Positions 44,010-55,996 of a DNA stretch of 64,000 bases are shown one piece after another. Both the position numbers and the translations under genes were made by a program. The first letter of the stretch is position 1; each line of letters starts with the position of its first letter. Source of the DNA: Eutreptiella sp. 'Long Island Sound 2002' (Eukaryota > Protista > Euglenida); NCBI GenBank assembly GCA_964036045.1, contig OZ038379.1:5890001-5954000 (forward strand), read 5' to 3'. The notes beneath the pieces are model-generated. The model searched no databases. It saw only the letters and a list, made by a program, of their open reading frames with translations, and had not been told where the DNA came from.

Positions 44010-47000
44010 ATTGCGTATGGGAACCACGCGTCGTTGGCGCTTTCCGGATGAGCTGTTGAAAGATGAAGAATCGGTACAGCAATTGAGTGAGCAGTTGTGT
44101 TCATTGCAGGGAGAAGGCGAGCTGCGGTGGGGCTCGGCCCATCGGGTTCTGCGGGAGGCGGCTCAGTCTTGGAGCAGGAAACAAACGGAGGTTCGGGCGC
44201 CTGTGCTAACATGAAACAGGACAAGTCTGGACAGTTGGAATCTTTCCGGTTGATGTGCAGGCTGTGTCCCTTAATCCCCACCCGCCCCCATGGAGTTGTT
44301 TTGGTTTGCCTGGTGTGTCATTGAAATACAAACTCTGAGATAGTCGGAGCAAATTCATAACAGCAAAGCAACAACGACGTCACAAAACCTGGGTCTCCCG
44401 GACAAGATCCGGCGGGCCATGCCGTTGCTTATGAGGCCACTCTCTGAGGACATCGTGCTGGCAGCTCTAGAGCGCATGCCCGAAGGAGTCGTCGCCAAGG
44501 GTGGACGGGGTAACCACAGATGTCTACAAAGTTTTTCCATCCATTTTTGTTCCTAGGCTCTTGGTGTCCATGCGGGAGTTTTTGGAAGCGGGGGCAGTGC
44601 CAGATGCATGGTCCACATGCCTGATGCGATGTACCCCAAAGCATTCCGCGGAGGTGGGGTTGGGGGATCTACGCCCAATGTGTGTGCAAAACAGCTGTGT
44701 CAAGTGGGTCACCCAAGTCATTTTACCGCAGTTGGAGGACACGTTTCAATAGCTGGCAGCCCCGGAACAGAAGGGTTTTATGCGTAAGCGAAGGATGATA
44801 GACCATGTCTGGAGGGTGCGCAGTCTGTGGGACACGCACGGGCATGGGGGGTATCTGACGATGGATTTTTCTAAGGCGTAGGATTATGTGTCCCATGATC
44901 ATATGTATATATATAGATAGATAGGTAGATATATGTATATATCTACCTTCGTTTTTTGGGGTTGCCTGAGCCGTATCTGCGGCTCATAATGTCGTTGGTG
45001 GTGTCCCCAATCCTTTTTTGTGTCGGGTCGGGCTACGTCCCGGATGTGCAGCTACGGCCGTCGTTGGGGGTGACCCACTGTGGCCCGCCTTGTTTGCTGT
45101 CCTCACGACCATCCTGGTATACGAGTTACGTCAACTGTGCATGGACCTGCAAATTTATTTATATGCAGATGATGTCCCCCTCTACATACCGGGTACTCGG
45201 TCGGAGGTGGCAGGCACAATGGAGGTCATAATGTGGCGGTTCCTGGTGTACGGAAATTTTTCCAGGGTTGAGGGTCAATGTTTCGAAAAGCAAACTGGTG
45301 CTCAAAAAACATAAAGTGCATTCTCAGCAAACTACGGTTTACTCGGTAGTGGCAATGTGTGACGCCTTCCGGTACCTGGGTATACAGTTCGGACATGCAT
45401 CGCCAACAGAGGCGTATTCCGCCAACATGCGTAAGATATTATGGAGGGCGCATGTGTTGGCAAAGCTCAACCTAGGCATGAAAGAAGAGGTCTACTTGTT
45501 GAAGACCTGGGTGTTCCCATGCGTTTTCTTGGCAGCTCGGGCCTACCATCCGGACAACATGGTTATAGCTGAGTTGCGTAAGGTGTATCAGGCGGCATTG
45601 TCCTTGTCCTCCTGGGGCATAACCCTGGAGTGCCTGGCGCGCCCAGAGGCGGAGGGGGATATGCATTGGCACCCCCCCCATGTATTCCTGCACTGGCTGC
45701 ATTCTGGCAATTTTGCGACGGCGCTGCAAGACCCACATCGTTTTGATGCAGGAGCCCTGGCCAATTTTCGGCGCTGGGCGGCGTCAATCGGGTTGGTGCT
45801 GGATCCCCATTTTCTACGCTACCTGCAGCTGGCGCCAGTGCAACACAGCTCCATGGGTTTTCTGGCGTGGTCCGTAAAATCCTTTTCTCTGGCCAGGGCC
45901 GACTACCAGAGCCTGCCTCCACCCCTGTCCTATGACAATGTGCTGGTGACATCCAAGCCGGGTCACACTTATTATAGTCCCAAGTTGGTTCGGTTCGGCA
46001 AATTGCTGTATTACCATGTGTTTGAGGATGTGGGGGTCCATGCTAGCATCAGAAAACATGTAGCCCCCACGTGCAGGGGGCAATATGATTTACCGGGAGT
46101 TGCCCAGCGACAACCACCTCAGCCAGTACCCAAGGGTGAGGAGAGATGGGATCTGGAGGACACGTGGCTGAAGGGTTGGCAAAATCAGGCCATGCTGCGC
46201 TGCATTTTGGCAAAGCGGCCACGCCAAGTGTGAGGCGCGCCAAGAAAAGTCGGTGTGGTTGCAATTCCGCAGGCTTAAACTCCCGCCGGCAGACATGGAC
46301 TTTATCCAAAAAGTTTTGTGGCGCACGCTACAGCTGGGGGGGAGGATGTGCCACCTTTACCCTGCTGACAAATTGTGCCCGATTGATCACAAAAAGGAGA
46401 CACATCTGCACTTCCTTCGTGGGTGCTTAACCTCTTCTGTGATGTTCGATTTGGTAAGGCAATCCTTTGGGGTGGTACAGACTAAGGATGGTAGTGTGGT
46501 AGAGCCGAGCCGCCCGGTGGTAGATGCCCCCCTCTCGCTGGGTACAGGGTCTGCTTATCCGGGCAGGGCTGCGTGTGCAGTGGGTGCTGCGATGCGCCAC
46601 AGGTGTCGCGGGGAGGCGTATTCGAACGAGATTGTTATAGCCAAGTGGCTGTCGGTCTGTAGGTGCTGGCTTCACCAGGCCGAGATATCAGTGTCACGTC
46701 AGGATCTGTGGCACTTCGTATCAGTGCTTGAGAGCTGGTTTCAGCCTGGCTCTTCGATCGAGCATAAGGTACCGCGGCCGGTTATTACACCGCCCTCGGC
46801 ACAGCAACAACGAGCACACAAGAAACAGCGCCTCGCAGAAGACAGAGAGATTTTTGAGGCGGTGTTTATGCGCAAACAAAAGGGGGCTGGGACGTGGTGT
46901 TCACCGATGGGTCATCGAAGATTGCCTATCAGCTGTTGACAGGTGGATACGGGGTTTGGTATGGGGAGGGGGATGAGTGCAACAGGTCATTTGTTTTAGA

Positions 47001-47870
47001 CAGGGATGAGGAGCAGACAAATAACACAGGGGAATTGCGTGCCGCCTTCTATGCCCTTTCGCGGCAGCCAGCGGGGAAGCAGGGCTCAGAAGTACCCAGT
47101 TTGGGTACGTTTAGCGGAACACTATCCGGGAAATGGGCCAAAGTAGGAAAAATGGGGGAAAATGGGGGTAAATGAGGGAAATTCAGATTGCTTGGTGGAA
47201 AAATGGGAAATTTAGGGGCTGAAAAGGCCAAAAATCAAGGTTTAGGTTGGCCACAAGGCTGTGGGGGGGGCGCATTGGTGAAAGCCCCTGAGGAAAAATG
47301 GGGGAAAATGGGGAAAGCTCCCGAGGAAAAATGGGGAAAGCTCCTGAGGAAAAATGGGGGAAAATGGGGGAAAATGGGGAGGAAATGGGGAGGAAATGGG
47401 GGGAAATGGGACCAGTTGCACCACCCAAGTTTCCTTATTTCCCCCCATTTTTCCCCATTTCCCCCCCCATTTTCCCCCATTTTCCCCCATTTTTCCCCAT
47501 TTTCCCCCATTTTCCCCCATTTTTCCTTGCCATGGGTACATTGTGGGTACGTTTGTGGGTACAGTACCCGCCACCGGAGCCGGGTACTTCTGAGCCCTGG
47601 GGAAGCCCCTCCATATGGTAGTTGATTCGGAATGGGTGCATAAGGGAGTGACGGAGTGGAGGGTGGTATGGCAGCGCCACTAGTGGCGCACAGGGACCTT
47701 TGGGAGCCATTTCTAGACCTGGTGCAGGCACAGGGGGAACTCTGTTCGTACCCTCGCATATAGACATCATGGGGAACGAGAAAGCGGACTAGTTGGCAGA
47801 GGAAGGGAGGGTGAGGCATTGGGCCTACTCTCGTGAGTGGGTGAGGAGGTGCACCGCTCATAGTCATCGG
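44010..47870 (+). pseudogene. Decayed L1/Tx1-like LINE ORF2: RT, CCHC finger and C-terminal RNase H
   Basis: WRFPDELLKDE post-APE motif, DLRPMCVQN, EQKGF, DFSKA*D, GDPLWP, YADD, FRYLG, CPIDHKKETHLHFLRGC, VFTDGS...QTNNTGEL and PSHIDIMGNEKAD; many stops and frameshifts. Confidence 0.85.
47080..47599. mobile_element. 520-bp MITE inserted in the RNase H domain
   Basis: Perfect 18-bp TIR CAGGGCTCAGAAGTACCC, 6-bp direct repeat GGGAAG on both sides, internal fold-back of GGGAAAATG-type repeats; RNase H frame QPAGK|PLHMVVDSE is restored on removal. Confidence 0.85.
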
Positions 47871-48759
47871 AGTGGCAGGCGCTGGGCCTGCAGGAGTTAG
47901 ATTCGGAAGTAAGCGACAGTGTGGAGCGTAGCAAAGGGCGATCCTCAGAAGGTCGCCGTAGTTGTGGGTGCAGCACAGACTGCACATGCCGTGGCCCCTC
48001 GTCAGACTGTGCGAGTGAACTAGGGTCGGCTGTCATTGTGGAGTCGTGGGACACTGACCCCACCTAGGGACCTGCCTCGATAAAGTCACGTAGGATTGAC
48101 CATGAACGTGAGAGCACGGTGCATGGCAGTGCCCACGGTGTATTGTAGACATGGTGCAGGGTGGAGTCCTCCATCATCAACTGTCGAACATACTCCACGC
48201 ACTAAGATTTGGTTTAATGAATTGCGCCCCCCCCCCCCCCAATGCCCAATGCCCATGTGAGGGTGTTGGATGCGAGTGGACATGAAAATGAGGGCGGCTT
48301 GTGCACGCATGGTGTGGTGCTGAAAAGGTATGCGCCACACGCAATACAGCAATGATCTGTTGAGGTGTCCGGCAGCTGGAATTTTTGTTGAAATGTTGAG
48401 ACGCCTTTGCGCCACCAAAGGCGCCTTTGCGCCCCCGAGGTTCGGGTACGACACGTCCTCACGTGCCAGAGAGCAAGTGCATGACAGGGGCACGACCTGC
48501 AGGGCAAGGGTTAGAGACTAACCGGCACCGTGGGAGGGTGGTGGGTGCGAGCTGACCTCAGTGTCCAGAGGACCAAAGCCAAAGCACAGTCAGCAACCAC
48601 CTGGTGTGGTACAGAACTGGTCTGCGCTGCAGTGCAGCAAGAAAAACACTGAACAATGTGGTTATGACCATGCGCCTGTGACACGGGGGCGTATGCGAGC
48701 CCAGTATCCGTTGCCTCATGGCCCCCAATGCCCCCCCCCTCAGAGCTACGACCACAATT

Positions 48760-49415
48760 GAGAATCTCTGAGTCGTTAAGTGAGGATGAGAGACAAACCA
48801 ATAACGCCGCAGAGTTGGTGGCCGTGATTGCAGCGCTGAGACGCTTTGAAACTGCGGTTTGTAAAGTATGTGTGATCGCGGATTTAGAATATGTAGTGTT
48901 AGGAGCGGGGGGGGGGGGGGGGCAGCGCGCAAATGGCAACAAAATGGATGGGTGGGCTCCAGGAGGCCGTTAACGAACGTGAGATTGTGGGTCTGCTTGA
49001 CATGCTGTCCTACATGGGAGACAGAGTGCAATGGGCTCAGGTACCATCACATGTGGGACTCGAAGGCAATGAAATTGCTAATGATCTGGCAATTTCTGGC
49101 ATGTGCCACAGTCCTTTGTGGGGGGTGATACACGGGGGACCAGCCCCACCCCCGGATGTCGGTGCAGTGACGGAGCCGGAAGTCCGATCCCTGTCGGTGT
49201 CATCTTTTGAAGGCAGCGATGATGAGTCGCTAAGAGAATTTGCGGTTGATCTACCAGACAAGAGTTCGGATAGTTCAGGTCACAGTTCAGGATCCAGGGG
49301 TTCTAGCGAAGCATCAAGCTTCGCCCCAACACGTGATCATAGTCTGTATGCGAATGTGATGGCTGGATATCCCGAGGATACTGACACGGCACCAAGCACG
49401 GACGTAAGTGACTAG
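48760..49415 (+). pseudogene. LINE RNase H and acidic C-terminal tail remnant
   Basis: QTNNAAELVAVIAAL, VIADLEYV, VPSHVGLEGNEIANDLA. Confidence 0.75.
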
Positions 49416-52149
49416 GAGGGTCACGTGAGACGAAAGTGTGCCACGTTACTGAAAAAGTGAGACTGAACTGAATAAGGCAGAACTCTGTACCTTGTGCTAG
49501 ACTATAGAGACTATACTATATATATACTATACTATATATGCTCGGTGCTCATCTTCGTGAGCGGGGGTTCGAACCCCGCACTTCTTCCTCTTGCGTGGTA
49601 GACGGGATGAACTGGGGGCCCGAAACACAGGTCCAGTGGATGAGGGGGATGCACCGAACGCCCCAAATGCCCCAGTTACTCCACCATGTCTCGGCACATT
49701 GATTGGGAAGGGAAGTCCGAAAGGTCTCTGGAATGATATGTAACAGGTATAGCCAGCATACTGTACTGGTATCATCCACGACCCGTGCGCCGCCCTGGGG
49801 GGGTTCGAACCCCGGCGGAGGCACGTAGATTGTCAACATAGTGGTATCATCAAGGAATACGTGGCTCTCTTTGTTCCCTCTCCCCACCCTCCCCAGGGGT
49901 TTTTCTTGTGCCTCTGCCGCCTCTTACACCCCCCTGCATGCTGTCCCCTGTCAGGCATATCGCCGTTCGCACGGCGGTGTGCTCAGCAGCGTGTAGAGGA
50001 ACCGTACGGCGTCTCCGGATACCGGGTCTGCTTGCCTGAAGAGCGTTCTTTGGAACAGCCTTAAGAGGTCAGTGGGGGGGGGGTTGGCACAAGGCCTCGG
50101 TATCTGATTGTTTGCCTTTGGCGGCGTCTATGGGCCTCTCGCCACTGCTCATTCTGACCCTCTGTGGGCCCGGACGTGTTTTGGTTGTGTCAACGGAGCC
50201 CCTGGATGACTTGTCCTGTTTGACTACTTCAAGGTCGGTTGTCCCGGAGACGCGTTGTTGCCTGTGCCGTTGACCAGGTGCATCCAGATGCACACTCCAA
50301 GTCCATGCTGGGTTTGCCGACTCCAACAGTGACTTGAGCGTGCTGGAGTGTGCAGGATAATTTTCCTGACACGGGCTTCTAACAACCACAATGATTCTTT
50401 CCCGTTTTTCCTTTCCTTCTTCTCCTTCTGCGCTCTGCACCGTTTTCGGCGAGCGCGGTCTACCCTGTCCTGTTACCCTCCTTGGTTCGTCCCTTTCCCC
50501 CTGCCCAGTTTCTTCCCTGCCCTTTTCATTCTTTCTGCATGGGGGCATTGGCCATGAGCAACGGATACAGGACTCGCATACACGACACAGGTATATGGTC
50601 ATAGTCATAACTCTCAGTTCATTGTGTCAATTTGTCGCACTACACCACGGTGCTGCTGTTCTTCGGGCCTTGTCGTGGCACCCCTCAGCCTGGCACGGGA
50701 GCATGATGTCTTTGTGACCCACTGTCTTGGCGCTGGCGGGCTGCAAATCGAGGTCTGGCCTGCTGCCTGTGCGACCCTGATGGGGTTTGGTACTCCAACT
50801 CGACCAAGAGCCAGGCGGTGCTGTGCCGCGCAGGGCACTAGTTGATAGTGGAGGCATCGACGATGGACGGGAGGTCATAGGTCGCATGCAAGAAGTGTGG
50901 TCGGACATTATGCAAGCTGCAAATGTACCCTTGGCCGACCGTGTTGCTCTCCAGCCTCAAAAAAAGGATACGGTTGACCTTACGTCAGCAAGAATATTTT
51001 TGGAAAAGCCGGAGTATCAGAAGCGTGTGGTGGAGTTGTTGCTCGAGTTTTCCTTGGTAGCACCGCACAAATTTTCCTTGGGCCATCTGGGTCACCTCTC
51101 ACCCGGTAGCGGCGTTGTGTTCTGCATCTGCATGAAGATGCAACATATATATTGTAGGCTTAAAGGGACAGATATGCCATAGGTCATGCAGGCTGCAGAT
51201 GGGATGTGCATGACTAACCGGCGCCTGTAGGGGGCATTGGCCATGAGCAACGGATACAGAGCTCGCATATACCCCCGTGACACAGGCATATGGTCATCGC
51301 CAACAATCTTAGTTCATTGTATTGTCTCGCTGCACTGCAGCGCAAGCCAGATCAGCTCCGAATGTTGCCTTGGGGTCACCGCACAAGGTGGCTATCGAAT
51401 ATTTCATGGGCCGTCTGGGTCAACTCATCCCCCTTCCCTAGGTGCCGGTTAGTCACAGACCATGCACACATCAGCATACGGTATGGCCCACCCAGTCCAT
51501 TCCTTTCACCATTTACAACCTATACAGCGCTTCTTCATGCAGATGCCAGAACACAATATCCCGGCCCTCAACCGGTCCTGTCAAAACATGGTGGATACAA
51601 TCCACTGCTGGACCCCATCCCTGAGCCCACAGCCACATGTCCCCACTGACTTCGCTCCTTGTACCACTAGCTTTGATCGATTTGACACCAGCGCGGGTAG
51701 GTATCTGGCCAGACTACACCCTGTAGCAGGCATGCACATTTTCTTTGTGTTCCACCTGCACTGCCAGGTCTGGGAAATGCACCTTTAGCACGCTGAAAAC
51801 CAACGCAAGTAGTCGGTGCGGCCTCTGCTCAGTTTCCGGCTATCGCAACTTGATCCGCACATAGTTGGGGGCTCACAACTCAAGTGCCAATGGGACGAGG
51901 TCCACGATAAAACCCAGCAACACAGCAAATGCAGTGCGTTCCTCGTCAAGTATTGTGCACCGTGTCTCGTGCTTTTGCTTCTTAAATTCGCGGGGACGCA
52001 TTCGGGCACTTGCTGACTGTTGACAGTGACTCGCACTGCTGGAGGTCTCGCCTCACAATAATACCGCTGCAGCAAATAAACACGAACCTTTCACCAAAAA
52101 AAAAAACGATCTCCCTGCCGGTTGGGAGCGGAAGATTTGTCCGGAGAGG

Positions 52150-52510
52150 TAGGAGGGAGAGAGAGAGCGAGACACAGAGAGAGAGAGAGAGAGGGAGACA
52201 CAGATAGAGAGCAGAACAGGTCAGAGCTACAGTGCGGAAAGCATCGCTTCGTAGCACAGTGGGTATAGCACACCTCTTCTGTCCTGTAGAGGAGGGTTCG
52301 AACCCCGGGGGGGATAGAGACCCACCGGACATCCCGAAAAACCCCTTTATGCGAGAGAAAGAGAGCGGGTCACAGAGAGGGTCACAGAGAGAGAGAGAGA
52401 GTGGAGGGTCACAGAGAGAGAGAGAGTGGGGGGAAGGCCAGAGAGAGAGAAAGAGAGAGATAGAGAGACAACGAGAGAGAGAGAGAGAGAGAGTCGCAGA
52501 GCGAGTGTTA
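52150..52510 (+). repeat. (GA)n-rich low-complexity tracts
   Basis: Direct observation. Confidence 0.85.
52243..52312 (+). repeat. tRNA-derived SINE-like head / pseudo-tRNA
   Basis: A-box TAGCACAGTGG (52252) and B-box GGTTCGAACCC (52295); no normal anticodon loop; similar B-boxes near 49565 and 49802. Confidence 0.4.
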
Positions 52511-55379
52511 GAGACTAACCGGCACTGTGGGAGGGTGGCGGGTGCGAGCTGACCCAGATGTACAGGCAGCCAACGCACAATCGCAAACCACCTGGAGTGG
52601 TACAGAACTGGTCAGCGCTGCAGTGCAGCAAGGCGAAACAATGAACTGAGTGGTGATGACCATATGCCTGTGTCACGGGGGTATATGCGAGCTCTGTATC
52701 CGTTGCTCATGGCCCACTGACTTCTTGGTACCACCGCACAAATTTTCCTTACCAAGGTAAGGTGGTACCAAGGAAAGCTCGATGTAGAACTGGATCATGG
52801 TGCAGTGCGACAAATTGACACAATGAACTGGGAGTTGTGACTATGACCACACACCTGTGTCACGGGGGTGTATGCGAGTCCTGTACCCGTTGCTCATGGC
52901 CCCACTGATTTCTGAACTCTTCCGCTTCTAATTTAGAGAATGGGTGGAACTTGATCAACAGGGATCAGCCACAGGCAAGGTGAAGCCGAACACCCGAGAG
53001 CCGAAGTGCCCTTCTTGTGTTGTACCATATAAACTGCACGCAGTTGACAAAACACGGCCAAGCCAGGCAGGAAGACACCCACAGAGCAAAGATTGTAGCA
53101 TAGCAATTGTGTGGCTCAGGCCTTTTGATTTGAACTGCCGAACAATGCTATATATGCATACTAGGACGCGCATGTGTGGAGCACTTTGTGACCTGCGGGG
53201 CTCTGTGACCTATGGGGCACATATGGGACCTATGGGACACATGATCAGATTGATACTGTCTGGACTAATGGCTGGAATTGTCTGTGGTGGGGACATTCAG
53301 TCTATCGGAACCGACCATTGATCCCCCTCGTGGGGGGGACCGACCTGACATTGGGGGGGGGGGGGGGGGTTAAGTATCGGTTGCTTCATGGCCCCAAGTG
53401 GTGCGGGGGCACCGTCACTTAGCAATCATCCCCTCCTGCGTGGGGGGGGGGGGGGGGGGGCAGGGGAAAATCACGTGCAGGGTCAGGGGGGTTGACATGG
53501 GGATACTCAGTTTCCGGCAGAAGTCTGAATTGTTTTTTTTTTCGGGGGTGCCTTTTTTCGGGGTACCTGAACTGTGTGCACAAGGATACTATTCCACTGA
53601 GAAGCAATCTCATGTTCCACATCCATGCAAAGAGCCCCACCAGCGGGCGCAAACAGCAAAGACACAATGATGCAGTGCCCCAGCATTGCAATTGTAGTGT
53701 CTGCTGCAATGCACGCCATGAGGCCGTGGGTTGAATTCGACGGGTCTATTTCAGGAAGCCTCAACACTCAGCCTGTGCTAACTTGTTGCCTTCGATGATA
53801 CTGGGCACCCACAATCTGGACCTGACACCATCACGACGAGCTGCACGGCCTCAGGGTCTCAAGTTGCACCTGCCCTCTCTTTCTCTCTTTGACAGAAGCA
53901 ATGGCACCTTGTGTGCAGAGAGCATGCGCTTCGGCGAATGTGCCAACACCGTTCTCTGACAATGAGGAGTCGTACCTGCGACCCGTTGCAGTGCAACCCC
54001 CTGTCGTCCCCAGGCCCCGATGCAATGTATGCCAGGGATGTGCAAGTGAGGGGGTAAGAGCTGGTGTAGAACCCAAACAATGTGCTGACATGTCGGAGGG
54101 TGTTGAGGTTGGGGGGGGGTTTCTGCAGGGATGCTAGCAGAGGGAGGGGAGGTTTATGAGTGGTCACAAAGAGAGTACGTTAGCGCGCCAGGCACGCGCC
54201 CGGCGCGCCGGGCAAAGTTTTCCCATGCTTTGGTGTGGCCCCTCGAGTTGGGGTTAAGGACTCCCACGCTTCGGTGTGGCCACTTAAGTGGTCCGTCACA
54301 CACAAGAGGAGGATTCTTTGATTTTGAGGTGGGTGGCCATGATGGGGCCTACAAGGGTAGGGTGCATGTGATCGTCCCATTTGTTGGGATAATTGATCGC
54401 CAACAGTCATACAATGTGCTTGTGCTTAGGGTTCCTGGGTTGGAGGAGGGAGTGGCGTTTGGGGGTAAAGCATTGTGATAGATGGCTGAACGTTCATTTG
54501 GATGCCGGGCGCACCGGGCATCAAAAGCAGTTACTAGCGGTTGGCAAAGGGGGCAGTTTCACGCGAGTACAAACCAGTTGGAGGGTCGTTGGAGACGGAC
54601 CGAGCAGTTGGCCCGCCCAGTCGGCACCCAAAAGGGCAGCGGTTATCCCTCCCCCCTTTCAAGCGTAACTCTAGGGGCCTGGTCTGGCCTGGTCTGGGCA
54701 GTTTGGTGGTCGGTCGGGGCGGAGTGCAGTCCCTTTACCGCCCCATTTGGGCAAAAACAATTCACCAAACATTCGCCACCCCTCTGGCGGCTGTCCTGTG
54801 CTGCGTAAACAGCAGCATTTTTCGCTTGGACCAATGGGATGCCCACTGATCTTCGCGGAAATTGTGGGTGTTGTGGCGCAAGCTTCCAGTAGGGGTGTGG
54901 ATGGAGCCCCTCGATGGGATGGTGGAGGATCGTGCCCAGGTGTTAAAGAACTGTGTCTCCGTTCATGTTTGACACAGCGCCACGCGCCGTTGGACTGGAT
55001 CAGGGAGAGAGAACACAGACCGAAACCAGCCAGCTGCAACTGGATGAGCCAGAGCTTTCCATGCAATGCACGCAGGGGCTGGTTTTGTGGGCGGGGCTGA
55101 AAGCGCAAGTGAAGCGCGTGAAGGTGATATCAGCGAAGGTCAGTGACCTTAGATCTGAATTTGGGCGCTGTGGGTGTTCATTCTGGAGGGTGGAGGGGGG
55201 AGCGCAATATGTAGTGCAGCAGGTTGGACCTTGATCGCGCAGCTCCAGGGCTGGTTTAAGTCTGAGCCACAGTTTAAACGGCCACCGATGGAGCTGACAA
55301 TAATTTCCAAGCCAGTGGCTCTGGCGGGCCCATGGAAGGCTAAGTGGGAAGCCCACCTGCTGCAGGAGTTGGAGAAACT

Positions 55380-55996
55380 GGCAGTGAATGGGCGGGTGGT
55401 AGTCTCCACAGACAGATCCGCTAAACGTGTGCAAGCGGGGTATGGGGTTTGGTATGGGGAGGGGAATGAGCAGAATTTTTCCGCCCACATGCCCGCGCAT
55501 GAACGCCAAAGCATCAACAAAGGGGTGCTGCGGTGTTCTGCAGGCATTTTGCTCGGCCGGGTTCCCATAGCGCATGGTGGTGGTGGTGGACTCGAAAAGT
55601 GTTTTCAAAGGAACTGTATAGTGGTCCACAAACTGGTGGCGCTATGGCTGGAAGAACTCCTCAGGAGAGGTGGATCAAAGACCCCTGTGGGAGCAGATTT
55701 TGTGGTTGAGGGACGGGGCAGGGGATATGGTGCAGGTCAAGTGGGTGTCACCCCATGTCAATCAGGGCCACGAGGCGGTAGATGTGCTGGCCCACAAGGG
55801 TAGGCTTTGGCACCCGAATAACGTGCTGCCGTTGTCTAAACAGCGGAGGGTCACGGGGTGGGAGGCCTTGGGAAGATGGCAGTCTGACGATTGGGAGGTG
55901 GGGTCGGAAGTGGACTCAGGGGGAGAGACGTCAGAGGCTGTGTCCGGGAGTGAGGGGTATGTCGGAGGGGGTGGCGTACAGTACAGACGCCAGTGA
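55380..55996 (+). pseudogene. Third LINE RNase H remnant
   Basis: VSTDRS...AGYGVWYGEG, LWEQIL, KWVSPHV-x-GHEAVDVLA, followed by an acidic tail. Confidence 0.7.
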
